Assembly: GCA_964439935.1 (NCBI GenBank)
Contig: CAYTPW010000003.1
Coordinates: 114,959-178,958 of the forward strand
Source of the DNA: an uncultured bacterium
GTDB taxonomy: Bacteria; Fidelibacterota; Marinisomatia; Marinisomatales; TCS56
Direction of reading: 5' to 3'
Length of the DNA: 64,000 bases
The translations under genes were made by a program, and so were the position numbers. A model generated the notes under the pieces. It made no database searches. It was not told the DNA's origin and saw only the letters and a list, made by a program, of their open reading frames with translations. Every line of letters starts with the position of its first letter. Position 1 is the stretch's first letter. Shown piece by piece: positions 1 through 9,725 of this stretch.

Positions 1-94
1 ACAGGCCGGTGATCGAGAATATTGAAATGAAGAAAAAAGTCACCGTTTGGATGAATTCTTTTTTCCGCTTGGATGTTCGACGTCGTGCAACCAT
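1..94 (-). CDS. FtsL-like small cell-division membrane protein (3'-truncated by the window edge)
   Basis: The ATG overlaps the rsmH stop (TGATG). Translation MVARRRTSKRKKEFIQTVTFFFISIFSITGL has a basic N-terminus followed by a TM helix. The position after rsmH is typical of dcw clusters. Confidence 0.4.
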   Translation of the reverse strand, partial: MVARRRTSKRKKEFIQTVTFFFISIFSITGL

Positions 95-990
95 CAGGAG
101 ATCCGTTCTGCGACGCGCAGTTTAGCCGGTTTGGACCGACGGTTGCTTCCAACTTCTCCATCAGACGGACGCAATGGTTTTTTAGTCAATATTTTATAAG
201 TACCTTCGCTGGACAATCGCCGAAAGGTCTGTTTGACCAGACGATCCTCGAGCGAGTGGTAGCTGATGATTACGATCCGGCCGTTAATCGTCAGCCAGTT
301 TGCGAAACTGTCCAGGAATTCTGCCAGTTTTTCCAACTCACTGTTGACTGCGATCCGTAAAGCCTGGAAAACCCGTGCCAGGCTACGATTGCGATGAGCA
401 GGAGGAGTGACGCGGCGGATTGCTTCGGTCACCTGCGCGATAGAATCTAGTGTTGGTGCTTTTTTAAGAGCGCGGGCGATCGAATGCGAGCGACGTTCTT
501 CGCCATATTTATAGATCAGATCGGCCAGCTCTGATTCACTGGTAGCACGGATCAAGTCGCTGGCGGGACGGCCACCTGATTGATCGAAACGCATATCCAG
601 GGGACCGTTGCTTTGATAGGAAAAACCACGCTCCGGTAGATTTAGTTGGAGGGAAGATACACCAAGGTCAAGCAGGATACCATTCACCTCGGTGATTCCT
701 TGTCTCTGCAGGATTTGGGGGAAATCGCTGTAGGAAGCGTGGTGGAGAGAAACGGGTGGTGAAGAGGCGCCAATTTGCGAGCGGGCAATGTTCAGCGCCT
801 CCTCATCCAGATCAAACCCGATAAGTTTTCCCTGCTGTGAAAGCAGGGAGTGGATGGCAGTGGCGTGCCCCCCGAGACCAATGGTCCCGTCCAGATAAAT
901 GCCGTTGGATTGAACCGACAGCCCGTCCAACACTTCTATGACCATAACAGGCACATGCGACCGGGCGTCCAGTAAATCCGTAGACGACAT
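94..990 (-). CDS. rsmH: 16S rRNA (cytosine1402-N4)-methyltransferase RsmH
   Basis: SAM-MTase motif DGTIGLGGHA and full-length RsmH/MraW-like sequence. Sits directly downstream of mraZ with a TGATG overlap. ATG at 990 is preferred over the track's TTG at 993. Confidence 0.9.
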   Translation of the reverse strand: MSSTDLLDARSHVPVMVIEVLDGLSVQSNGIYLDGTIGLGGHATAIHSLLSQQGKLIGFDLDEEALNIARSQIGASSPPVSLHHASYSDFPQILQRQGITEVNGILLDLGVSSLQLNLPERGFSYQSNGPLDMRFDQSGGRPASDLIRATSESELADLIYKYGEERRSHSIARALKKAPTLDSIAQVTEAIRRVTPPAHRNRSLARVFQALRIAVNSELEKLAEFLDSFANWLTINGRIVIISYHSLEDRLVKQTFRRLSSEGTYKILTKKPLRPSDGEVGSNRRSKPAKLRVAERIS

Positions 991-1454
991 CAAAGAATAA
1001 TTTTATTAGCCAGTTCTTCATAGGCGGCAGGGTCTAGCTCCTGGTTGGTCTGGTCTACCTGATCCATGTTAACGGGATTCCAGATTTCGATTTTGTTGAC
1101 CATGCCAATGATCAGGACATCTTTATCCAGACTGGCATAGTCGATCAGAGCCTGTGGAATCTGAATTCGGCCCTGTTTATCGTAGGTTGAAAAAGTAGCG
1201 TAGCGGGTGGTGCTGCGGATCACAGTTCGGTTCATTGCCGAAAGGGAAGACAGGTTGCGTAATTCGGCCATGATATCCTGCCAGATGATCTGGGGATAGA
1301 CCCAGACGCAGGGGTCCTGGCCTTTGGTAACGACGAAAGTCTGCTGGTTATCTTCTGACAGGACCTGCCGGAACTTGGCCGGAATATTAACGCGACCTTT
1401 GGCGTCAATAGTATAGGCGTACTCGCCAATAAATGTATTTTCGTTCAGTGCCAT
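990..1454 (-). CDS. mraZ: Transcriptional regulator MraZ
   Basis: 154 aa with the duplicated SpoVT/AbrB-like MraZ halves (DAKGRVNIPAKFR ... DKQGRIQIPQAL). First gene of the dcw cluster. Confidence 0.9.
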   Translation of the reverse strand: MALNENTFIGEYAYTIDAKGRVNIPAKFRQVLSEDNQQTFVVTKGQDPCVWVYPQIIWQDIMAELRNLSSLSAMNRTVIRSTTRYATFSTYDKQGRIQIPQALIDYASLDKDVLIIGMVNKIEIWNPVNMDQVDQTNQELDPAAYEELANKIIL

Positions 1455-1488
1455 CCGCTCAGTTTCGCTAGTAATTATAAGGGATAAT

Positions 1489-1525
1489 TACCCACAACTA
1501 CCCACAAACTAATTTTACTTACCCC
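1489..1525 (-). promoter_or_regulatory. Putative MraZ operator (GTGGG direct repeats upstream of mraZ)
   Basis: Exact 9-nt direct repeat TACCCACAA at 1489-1497 and 1499-1507 (10-bp period; TTGTGGGTA on the gene strand). A degenerate third box, TACCCC, lies at 1520-1525. All are 35-70 nt upstream of the mraZ start. E. coli MraZ is known to bind TGGGN repeats at 10-bp spacing. Confidence 0.45.
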
Positions 1526-1666
1526 TTTCAGTCAAGAATTATTCCATATTTATTCGGGATATGATCAGCTATTGCTGGACTGAATAAATGAAGTGACGAT
1601 TACAAGCTAAAATTGTGGTAAAGCTTGCGCTTTTGTTGAGCTGTTCTGATTGAATGGATTATAGTT

Positions 1667-2488
1667 TTACTGATTCGGCGTATAATGAATTATATTGATG
1701 CGGTTGGGATCGGTCAGGAAGGTCAGCTCCATCGGATCGGGATGGGTCCCCATGTTCTGAACGGCCACCCCGTTGATCTGGACCGAAACACCTGCGGCGC
1801 TGTTGGTCCGCAGATCCAGCCGGGTGCTGAATTCCTGCAGCAGTTCCCGGTCATGAGCCAGCACGCCGGACAGGGTATCCGCTTGATCGACGATCAACCG
1901 GTACCAGGTATTTTTTTGAGCCAGAATCTTGATTGTAAAGGGCGCCTCCGCATCGAATGTTTCATCCCAGACCGCCATGCGCTGGTAGTTAAAAATCAAA
2001 TCATCTTTACTGATCGGTTCCACGCTATCCTCCACCCTGAGGGTTACTGGTCCCCCGACCGCTTCGCTCTCGGTGGAACTGATCTTTTTGATGATAAAAA
2101 TTGAAAACAGGACAATCACAATCAACAGCGCGCCCTTGCTATAGTCGGCGATCATCTTTTTAGGTGTTTTCGTGGAGACTGGCAGAACAGCCTCGGAACC
2201 GGGAAGTTCCGGTTCTTCCGAAACTCCGTATTCAGGGGTGATATCAATACCTTCTACCTGGCTCAAATGGTGATCCAACTGATTCAGGGCATCCTTGGTG
2301 TCGCCGCCAATTTCGGTCACGTAGGCTCGCACAAACAGACGCATATAAGTACGGGGCAAAATATTGAATTGGCCATTCTCAATGGCCTCCAGGTACTTCA
2401 AATCGATTTTAGTCCGATTGTGAATCTCGGCCAAGTCGATGTTATTTTCTTCGCGTAATTTTTTTAGATCAGAATAAAACGGTTCCAT
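1667..2488 (-). CDS. RodZ-like HTH membrane protein (cytoskeleton-associated)
   Basis: N-terminal XRE-type HTH (LKKLREENNIDLAEIHNRTKIDLKYLEAIENGQF..LPRTYMRLFVRAY), one central TM (ALLIVIVLFSIFII), and a C-terminal DUF4115-like region. Confidence 0.65.
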   Translation of the reverse strand: MEPFYSDLKKLREENNIDLAEIHNRTKIDLKYLEAIENGQFNILPRTYMRLFVRAYVTEIGGDTKDALNQLDHHLSQVEGIDITPEYGVSEEPELPGSEAVLPVSTKTPKKMIADYSKGALLIVIVLFSIFIIKKISSTESEAVGGPVTLRVEDSVEPISKDDLIFNYQRMAVWDETFDAEAPFTIKILAQKNTWYRLIVDQADTLSGVLAHDRELLQEFSTRLDLRTNSAAGVSVQINGVAVQNMGTHPDPMELTFLTDPNRINIIHYTPNQ

Positions 2489-2549
2489 TTTCGCCCTTCA
2501 GTTGTATACAAAAATTAATCGCCACTCGGGGTGGCAATCAATATGTTTG

Positions 2550-3134
2550 TCAGGAACCGGACGCGGGGAAGATCAGGCGGTAATGTCGGTAAAATGCGGC
2601 CAGTGGGAAACCAACCACATTGTAAAAACAACCTTCGATTCGCTCGATACAGGTAGCAAACCAATCCTGGATACCATAACTGCCCGCTTTATCGAAAGGT
2701 TGATAATTATCGATATAATGGTGTATATCAGCTGGCACCAGCTTGCGAAATGTGACTTGAGTAGTTTCATGAAAAGTATCTTCCAGCGCTCGTTCCGACC
2801 ACTGTAGTGAAACGCCGGTTATCACCGTATGGGTATTTCCTGACAGGCTGGATAGCATGCTAAAACTTTCCTCGGCGTCATGAGGCTTACCCAGTATTTG
2901 TTGATTCAGCACGACGATCGTGTCGGCCCCGATTACCAAAGCATCCGGATTTTTTTCCGCCAGTTCGGCAGCTTTCAGCCGGGCGTAATGGGTCGCGAAA
3001 TCCACGGGTGGCAGATCGAGTTTAAAATCCTCGTGCACCGTGGATGGTTCCACTACAAATTCGAAATCGATCTGTCGTAACAAAGCCCGACGGCGGGGAG
3101 AATTGGAAGCCAGAATAATCGGTGGTCGTTTCAT
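2550..3134 (-). CDS. maf: Maf-family nucleoside triphosphate pyrophosphatase (septum formation protein)
   Basis: ILASNSPRRRALL N-terminal motif, 194 aa, GADTIV and KAGSYGIQ motifs. Confidence 0.85.
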   Translation of the reverse strand: MKRPPIILASNSPRRRALLRQIDFEFVVEPSTVHEDFKLDLPPVDFATHYARLKAAELAEKNPDALVIGADTIVVLNQQILGKPHDAEESFSMLSSLSGNTHTVITGVSLQWSERALEDTFHETTQVTFRKLVPADIHHYIDNYQPFDKAGSYGIQDWFATCIERIEGCFYNVVGFPLAAFYRHYRLIFPASGS

Positions 3135-6100
3135 TGGTATTTAGCCAGTTTCCCGATATGGGACACTTTACTGTCCCCATCACTGGCCTGCAGGCGGTAG
3201 AGATACACACCGTTAGCAAGTCGGCCACCATACTCATCCCGACCATCCCAGTCGATAAAGTGATACCCTTCGTTGAAATATTTGTTCGGTAGGGTTTTAA
3301 TCCTGCGACCCTGAAGTGTGTATACATCGATGGTTATTTCAGCAGGTACGGTTACTTCAAAAGTAAATTGGGTCGATGTTGCGAATGGATTAGGATAATT
3401 AAGCACGTGGTACAATCGTAAAACCAGCGCCTCCTGCAGGCTGAGCCGAATCGTCGATTCAGCCGGATTATTGGCATTGTCCCAGGCAGACACCTTCAGG
3501 TCTACAGTCTTCCCTGACATATAGATCGAATAATCGATAATCCCTTTAGTGATGCTATTCAGGTCATAGATGAAATCATTCGTCAGATCACGATTTGTTC
3601 CGGCTGTCTCATCGCTTACGATGATTCCGTGTCCCACTTCACCGGCCAGATTGATCCCCACCGGATCGGCCAGACGAATAATCAAACCTTGATCAACCAC
3701 CAGGTGGTCGCCGGTTCTAAGCGATCGGCCATCGCTGGTTTCGAAAGTGATGATCGGACCGGTGTTATCTGCAACATCGCTTCCACCCTCGAAATGCAAG
3801 CCTTCCCGATAACCCAGCGCTTCGATCGGCGGATCATCGAATGACTGGAAATAAATCGACAGTTTACCCGGATCGGAAGAGTAGGATATGTCTTTGGGAA
3901 TGCGAAGTTGTCCGTTGAAGGTGGAATCTTCTATGGCAAACTGTCCCCGGAAAAGAGTTCCCCCCGGCAGACTGTAAATCAGCTGTTCAGTCTGATTGCT
4001 GATTTGGTATTCGCGGGTAACGGTGCGTTCTGCATCCTGAATCATCAGGTAGCCCGTTCCGCCTTGAGACGATAGTTTTTGCCGACCGGTAAATTCGGCG
4101 GTCTCCAGAGTACGCATGGGATCGGGATTCAACGAAGTGATTGAAATCGTATCGGTCGGAATTGGCAATGGCATTGCCGGATCCCCGAACAGGTGGAAAT
4201 ATTTCCCGGATATACCTCCGGTCTTGACACTTTGGAGGACAACGCCGATCGGTTCGCTGGTAACCTGCCGATTGGGAAACAGGCGCTGGAAAATCTTTTT
4301 GATATAACCGTAATTGCTATCGACACCAATCGGTCTGCTGGTTGTGATTATCGCCACTGCGGCATCATCCGGTTCGCGAATCAGATCTTCCGAAAAAGCT
4401 TCGGCATGAATATCATCAAAATGTCCCCAGGAACAGGTTGCCGCAATCCAGATTGGAAAGCGTCCACGGGTTTCTATCGAATTAATATCACCCCGATTCT
4501 GATCCAGCAGGCGCTCCTGAGCCCAGAGATGAGGACTGCCATGCCCGATATAACTGATAATGGCCGTACCACGATTCAGTAAATCGAACAAAGCCTGAGT
4601 GGCAGCCGGTTTCACGACACCATAGGACGAGGCATCACTGACCTCCGGATATTCCATCATGTACAATTTCTGGACTGTCACGGCCGGAGAGATATAGGGA
4701 ATCAGACTCTCAGAATTATTGGTATGTGATTTCCCCACCGAGATGCTGCCATGGGATGGCTCCGGTCGGGCGGCATCATCGGCTACCAACGTTACCCGCT
4801 GGCGCCACAATCCCGGCTCCGGATCCGTTTCATAAGCGATTAATTTTTCTATGTAAGCATCCACATCAGTCACTGAATGGGCCGGGTAACGACCCACAGC
4901 TATTTCTGGTAAAGGTCCATAGAGAGTTACTACCGCATCATCGGCGGAATAATAATGATCCAGCGATCCCTCCAGGAAAAGAGTAGGTACCACGATTTTA
5001 GACTGGCCGGTGATATTACGGTAATCATGGTCGGCATCACCGATCAGAAACAGACAGGTGGGAGTGGTCCCGGACCAATTCTCCAGAGCCCACTGAATCA
5101 TGAGCCGGATCGCCAGCGGATCAGGATTGCCGCCGGTGAACTCATTATACACCTGTTCCAATGGAGCAAACACCGAACTACCCCGGTGGACAACCAGTGG
5201 TTCAATGGAAGCTGAGAATTCCCAGGGACCGACAACGATGTGATTTATCCCAGGCCCCGTGTGCCGTAGTGTGTTGAAGGCAATATCTGGTACTTCTTCG
5301 ACTTGTTCAATCGTTGCAATATCAGTCAAATCGAATACTACAAAATGGCCGATTGAATCGGTTACCGATTCTATATTGACAGTAAAACCCCCGCTCCCGG
5401 GTATGATCGTTAAAAGTTGTGGTCTGGCAGGATCGGTTATATCCCAGATGAATGGTTCTGACGAAGCTGTGAAATTCAGACTAACCGGATTTCCTGTCGG
5501 ATCGATGAAGAAATCATAATTATTGCCGTCGTAAGTCAACCGGCGACTGGAACGCAAGCTTAAATTGTTGAAATATGGTTTGGAATTACTGGATAAAGAG
5601 GCATTTTCCAGCCAAAAAGCATTATTGCCAGGCTGCCAACTGATGTCGGAGGAAGTGAAGAATTTGTTTTTTAATCCGGCTGATGACCAGGTCAGGCTGT
5701 CAAGTGGTGGATTAAATCGACTTTGATGATAGACAATGATTTTGTGACTCGAGCTGTTGCCGCCCAGCATTTGGACCTTTATTTGTGGCAGGATATCCTG
5801 GGTCGGCTCCACCAGATCAAAATTCATATGGTAGGCGGATCCACCGCTTATTTGCGAACCGGTCCACAGGTTACCGGTATCATAGGGATTGAGTATATCC
5901 TCTTCCTCATGATTATAGACTATTCCATAATCAAGTGTATTGACCGGATTAGTTATCGGATTTACCGACTCCACCCGTCGTCCCCGGAGATTGCTATCAG
6001 TGGGTATCAGTAACCAGTAGGTATTTTCTTCATAAAAAATACTTTGATGGTGGCTAACAGCATTGTTTGTGATATCAAATCCGCTGGCGCCCCAGCCATA

Positions 6101-6868
6101 GAAGATGATTTGATCACCGACATCAAAACTACTGTCAGCAGCACCGGTTACCATGATTGCCGTTTCTTTCAGATTATCGGGGATTGGCTGATTAATGGAG
6201 GTTATTGATTTACTGAGATCACGACCATTAGTGCTGGATGTGAACAGCATGAAGCTGCGGGGATCACCATTAGCGATGACCGTAGCGGAATTATTGAATG
6301 ATTGATGAGGTATTGCCACGATTCCATCTTCAGGCACGGTGAATCTGAACCAGGTACCGGTGGGGTAGTCAGTGATTTTAGCTCGCTTTAGGATCCGTGG
6401 ACTGCCCCAATTTTGAGCGATATCCCAATTGATTACCCGGTGAACCAGCAGACTCTGATCTGATTTTGACAGCCGCTGATATCCGCGGTTACCAGCCGTA
6501 AATGTAATTGTGATTCGCGCCCGTTTGTAATACTCATTTACTCCGGTATAGGGCGTTATCTGCAGAACGGCGACGTATAATCCACGCAGTTTTTGTTTTG
6601 AAAGCAATTTCACCCCGGAAATGTTTAAATCAAGATTATCCGATGGAAAATTCTGTTTTTCTTGAAATGATGCATTCAGGCCGGGATACTGGTTGTCAGG
6701 TAACCCGATTAATAATTCAATCGGCTTGAGATCATCAATATTGGTGACGTCAAAAGTAAAATCGATCACCAGTTGTTCCGTGGTGGATTTGTTTATCCGC
6801 CAATCAGTTCCTGCCCGTAAATATCCAGCAAGCATCAAAAGCGAAAGAAGCAATAATCGTATGCGCAT
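3131..6868 (-). CDS. C25 (gingipain-like) cysteine peptidase with T9SS C-terminal sorting domain; possible PorU-type enzyme
   Basis: Signal peptide. Candidate catalytic His (YIGHGSPHLW) and Cys (IAATCSWGHFDD) in the order seen in clan CD/C25. C-terminus NYPNPF...GVYLYRLQA...KLAKYQ is a Por_Secre_tail/FlgD-Ig-like CTD. Confidence 0.75.
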   Translation of the reverse strand: MRIRLLLLSLLMLAGYLRAGTDWRINKSTTEQLVIDFTFDVTNIDDLKPIELLIGLPDNQYPGLNASFQEKQNFPSDNLDLNISGVKLLSKQKLRGLYVAVLQITPYTGVNEYYKRARITITFTAGNRGYQRLSKSDQSLLVHRVINWDIAQNWGSPRILKRAKITDYPTGTWFRFTVPEDGIVAIPHQSFNNSATVIANGDPRSFMLFTSSTNGRDLSKSITSINQPIPDNLKETAIMVTGAADSSFDVGDQIIFYGWGASGFDITNNAVSHHQSIFYEENTYWLLIPTDSNLRGRRVESVNPITNPVNTLDYGIVYNHEEEDILNPYDTGNLWTGSQISGGSAYHMNFDLVEPTQDILPQIKVQMLGGNSSSHKIIVYHQSRFNPPLDSLTWSSAGLKNKFFTSSDISWQPGNNAFWLENASLSSNSKPYFNNLSLRSSRRLTYDGNNYDFFIDPTGNPVSLNFTASSEPFIWDITDPARPQLLTIIPGSGGFTVNIESVTDSIGHFVVFDLTDIATIEQVEEVPDIAFNTLRHTGPGINHIVVGPWEFSASIEPLVVHRGSSVFAPLEQVYNEFTGGNPDPLAIRLMIQWALENWSGTTPTCLFLIGDADHDYRNITGQSKIVVPTLFLEGSLDHYYSADDAVVTLYGPLPEIAVGRYPAHSVTDVDAYIEKLIAYETDPEPGLWRQRVTLVADDAARPEPSHGSISVGKSHTNNSESLIPYISPAVTVQKLYMMEYPEVSDASSYGVVKPAATQALFDLLNRGTAIISYIGHGSPHLWAQERLLDQNRGDINSIETRGRFPIWIAATCSWGHFDDIHAEAFSEDLIREPDDAAVAIITTSRPIGVDSNYGYIKKIFQRLFPNRQVTSEPIGVVLQSVKTGGISGKYFHLFGDPAMPLPIPTDTISITSLNPDPMRTLETAEFTGRQKLSSQGGTGYLMIQDAERTVTREYQISNQTEQLIYSLPGGTLFRGQFAIEDSTFNGQLRIPKDISYSSDPGKLSIYFQSFDDPPIEALGYREGLHFEGGSDVADNTGPIITFETSDGRSLRTGDHLVVDQGLIIRLADPVGINLAGEVGHGIIVSDETAGTNRDLTNDFIYDLNSITKGIIDYSIYMSGKTVDLKVSAWDNANNPAESTIRLSLQEALVLRLYHVLNYPNPFATSTQFTFEVTVPAEITIDVYTLQGRRIKTLPNKYFNEGYHFIDWDGRDEYGGRLANGVYLYRLQASDGDSKVSHIGKLAKYQ

Positions 6869-7388
6869 AGGGAGTTTAATTTAATTATTCCAATAGTATT
6901 GAAGTGAATATTCCTGTCGGATCAGTTCTGATCGATTACAGGACTAACGATTAATCTATGAAGAGGGTTCCCCGCAGATCAGCAGCCGATTGTCATTCAC
7001 TTTAATAGGATATTCTAAAAGATTATCCCGACCATTTGAAGAGTGGTTAATCAACCAATGTTTCGATGAATCGGAGCAGTGGTGGGATTCGCCTAAAAAT
7101 TCGATTTAGTTTCCAGAAACTTGCCCGTGAAAAAAGATTCTGTGGTTCAATAAGGAGTTCAGACACTTTATTTGCGAATTGTCCTCTAGGCTGAATTGCG
7201 TCGATCAGTATCGGGTTATATCGATTTTAAAATATGGAATCTTTTCAAATTCTATTAAATTTGATAGTTATATGCATCAGTTCCTATTACATTATGAGGT
7301 GGTGCAGGATGTGTTATAAAGCACATCTCAACTGGCGAGAATTATTTTAGATTTTGATGCACTAAATTGAATTAAAGGGAGTAATAAT

Positions 7389-7820
7389 ATGACCAATCTT
7401 TGGGATGACCTGAAGAAGAATCTTACCCAGTGGAGCAGTGTTGCTGTCGAGAAAGCCGAAGAAATGAGCAAAATTGCTGTGGCTAAAACCGAGGAATTAA
7501 CCAGGATCAGCAAGATTAAGATCGAAATCCGGCAATTGCAGCGGGATCGGGATAAAGCATTTGAGGAACTGGGTCGCTACATCCGTAAGAATGCCGATCA
7601 GAAAAAACTGAATTTTGCTAAGGATGAGGAAGTCAAGGTACTATTTGGAAAATTAACTGAGATCGAAGCTGTTATCGCTGAAAAGGAAAAACAGATTAAG
7701 GATATCAAAGAGGAATATGATCTCAAGGAATCGGAAATTGAAGCTAAAACTGCACCGGCAGAAGAAACTGAAACTGCAACCGAAGAAAAACCAAAAAAGA
7801 AGAAGACAACTAAAAAATAA
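7389..7820 (+). CDS. Hypothetical K/E-rich coiled-coil protein
   Basis: 143-aa ORF with AGGGAG RBS 8 nt upstream. Heptad-like charged sequence and a lysine-rich tail. No recognisable family. Confidence 0.5.
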   Translation: MTNLWDDLKKNLTQWSSVAVEKAEEMSKIAVAKTEELTRISKIKIEIRQLQRDRDKAFEELGRYIRKNADQKKLNFAKDEEVKVLFGKLTEIEAVIAEKEKQIKDIKEEYDLKESEIEAKTAPAEETETATEEKPKKKKTTKK

Positions 7821-7823
7821 TTA

Positions 7824-8669
7824 GTGAAAAACGCGGATAAACCATCCAAACTGCATAATGCACTTAACCTTTACTTGGATGAGATCAAAGAATTAAAACC
7901 GCTTACTCCTGAGGAGGAGGTTCAGCTGGCTCAGGCCGCCAGGCAAGGTGATAAACAGGCCTTCAGGGAAATTATTTTACATAATCTGCGCTTTGTGGTC
8001 ATGGTGGCAAAAAAGCACCAGAGCCATGGTTTACCGCTCGAAGATTTGATCAACGAAGGTAATCTGGGATTGATCAAAGCGGTGCAGCGTTTCGACGAGA
8101 CGCGTGGTTTTAAGTTTATTTCATATGCTGTCTGGTGGATCGATCAGGCAATCCGTCAGGCAATTTCCAAGAATTCCCGAGTCGTTCGACTACCCGCAAA
8201 TGTTTCTGACTCATTATCCCGTCTTAAAAAGCGGTCGGTGGAATTGGAACAAGCTTACGAAAGGGAGCCGACAGCCGAGGAATTGGCTTCGATCACGGAG
8301 AAGACTATCGGTGAAATCGAAGATTTATATAATGTAAATGTGCAAAAAGTATCCCTGGACGCACCGATGGATGGTACTAATACCACCCTTTTGGATTTTT
8401 TATCATTTGAGATCGAGCGCCCGGAGGCTCAGATGATGCGGGAATCGTTGCACAATGAAATCGAACAGGTACTGCACACCCTGGATAGTCGCGAAGAATA
8501 TGTAATTCGGTTGTATTTTGGTATTGGGACTGAACATTCCATGACTCTGGAAGACATTGGGAAGGAAATGAAACTGACCAGGGAGCGGGTCAGGCAGATA
8601 AAAGAGAAAGCTTTGCAGCGGTTAAGACATGCGACTCGGTCGCATTTATTGCGCATATATATTGGTTAA
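7824..8669 (+). CDS. rpoD: RNA polymerase sigma-70 family factor, likely the short FCB-type primary sigma
   Basis: Regions 1.2-4 are recognisable (NLRFVVMVAKK, EDLINEGNLGLIKAVQRFD, FISYAVWWIDQAI, MTLEDIGKEMKLTRERVRQIKEKAL). GTG start. Confidence 0.8.
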   Translation: MKNADKPSKLHNALNLYLDEIKELKPLTPEEEVQLAQAARQGDKQAFREIILHNLRFVVMVAKKHQSHGLPLEDLINEGNLGLIKAVQRFDETRGFKFISYAVWWIDQAIRQAISKNSRVVRLPANVSDSLSRLKKRSVELEQAYEREPTAEELASITEKTIGEIEDLYNVNVQKVSLDAPMDGTNTTLLDFLSFEIERPEAQMMRESLHNEIEQVLHTLDSREEYVIRLYFGIGTEHSMTLEDIGKEMKLTRERVRQIKEKALQRLRHATRSHLLRIYIG

Positions 8670-8730
8670 AGTATTTGCCATTTTTTGTCATCTAATTTAA
8701 ACTCGGACATATAGCGGGCAATATCTATTC

Positions 8731-9675
8731 ATGTTAAACAAGCATTCACGCAAATCGAAGTGGGGATTGAACTACATCCTGATCGCGCAGAATGATCAAA
8801 ATGTGCGTCAATGGCAGGTTTCTAATCGGAATGCGCTGGCGGTAATCGGTTTAACAATTGTATTAGCAGGAGCGACTTTATTTTTTAGCGCTGATATACT
8901 GACCAAATACATCTACAGGTCTAATATCAACGAGATGCAGAACCATTATCAGGATCTGGTATCCACCGTTACCGATTTACGGACCCAGTTGCGAGTATTG
9001 AATCAACATATCAGCGATATCGAAGCTAAGGATGAGGCAATTCGGAATTATTCCGACCTGCCGGTGATTGATACCGACATACGGCAGTTGGGTATCGGGG
9101 GCGTACATCTCTCAAAGACCAGTTATATCGACGAAACATCTCCGCCGGTGGAATCAGTGGTGAATGAAATTGAAATGGATGTTGAGCAGTTGACGCGGTC
9201 AGTTCGGTTGGAGCTGGCCAGTTATGCCAATATCTACGACAAAATGCTGCAGGATGCTGATAAAATGGGATCGATACCTTCAATTCGGCCACTGGGCAGC
9301 GGATATTTGACCTCTGGATTCGGTTACCGCAAAGATCCATTCGATAACAAAATTCGTTTTCATTACGGGCAGGATTTTTCCACAAAAACCGGTACACCGG
9401 TTTATGCATCAGCCGACGGCGTGGTGATGGAAACGCGCTATCGAGGTGGTTTTGGCAAGGTAATCAAAATCAGCCATGGACATGGCTATGTGACCTATTT
9501 CGGTCATCTATCCGAATTTAATGTGGCTAAGGGTGAAACGGTAAAACGCGGCCAATTGATCGGCAGTGTCGGTAATACCGGCCGTTCAACCGGCCCCCAC
9601 CTGCATTACGAAGTACATTATTATAATACGCCTCAAAATCCTTTGGATTATTTCTTCAGCGGATACCTGGATTGA
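8731..9675 (+). CDS. M23 family metallopeptidase (murein DD-endopeptidase-like)
   Basis: HYGQDF...GTPVYASADGVV...HGHGYVTYFGHL...GNTGRSTGPHLHYEV motifs. N-terminal TM plus coiled coil. Confidence 0.85.
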   Translation: MLNKHSRKSKWGLNYILIAQNDQNVRQWQVSNRNALAVIGLTIVLAGATLFFSADILTKYIYRSNINEMQNHYQDLVSTVTDLRTQLRVLNQHISDIEAKDEAIRNYSDLPVIDTDIRQLGIGGVHLSKTSYIDETSPPVESVVNEIEMDVEQLTRSVRLELASYANIYDKMLQDADKMGSIPSIRPLGSGYLTSGFGYRKDPFDNKIRFHYGQDFSTKTGTPVYASADGVVMETRYRGGFGKVIKISHGHGYVTYFGHLSEFNVAKGETVKRGQLIGSVGNTGRSTGPHLHYEVHYYNTPQNPLDYFFSGYLD

Positions 9676-9725
9676 GCCGCTGGTCGTCTAGAAGATCCGT
9701 TTAATAAATCTCCCACCGCTAGCCG

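Noticed and set aside
73-360. Numerous 60-146 aa ORFs antisense to or nested within long genes. Examples: 73..360 +, 1685..2104 +, 4193..4582 +, 15333..15773 +, 36655..36978 -, 38838..39224 -, 60179..60550 -.
   Set aside because: They are shadow ORFs lying entirely inside strongly supported CDSs on the opposite strand or in another frame. They show no RBS or family signal and have odd composition.
7389-8669. The coiled-coil ORF (7389..7820) and the sigma factor (7824..8669) are in the same frame, separated only by TAA-TTA. This could indicate a read-through fusion or a split gene.
   Set aside because: TAA is used as an ordinary stop by many well-delimited genes here (e.g. at 8669, 11356, 61850). 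Sharing a frame happens by chance one time in three. A 281-aa sigma with regions 1.2-4 is complete for FCB-type primary sigmas, and it has its own GTG start.
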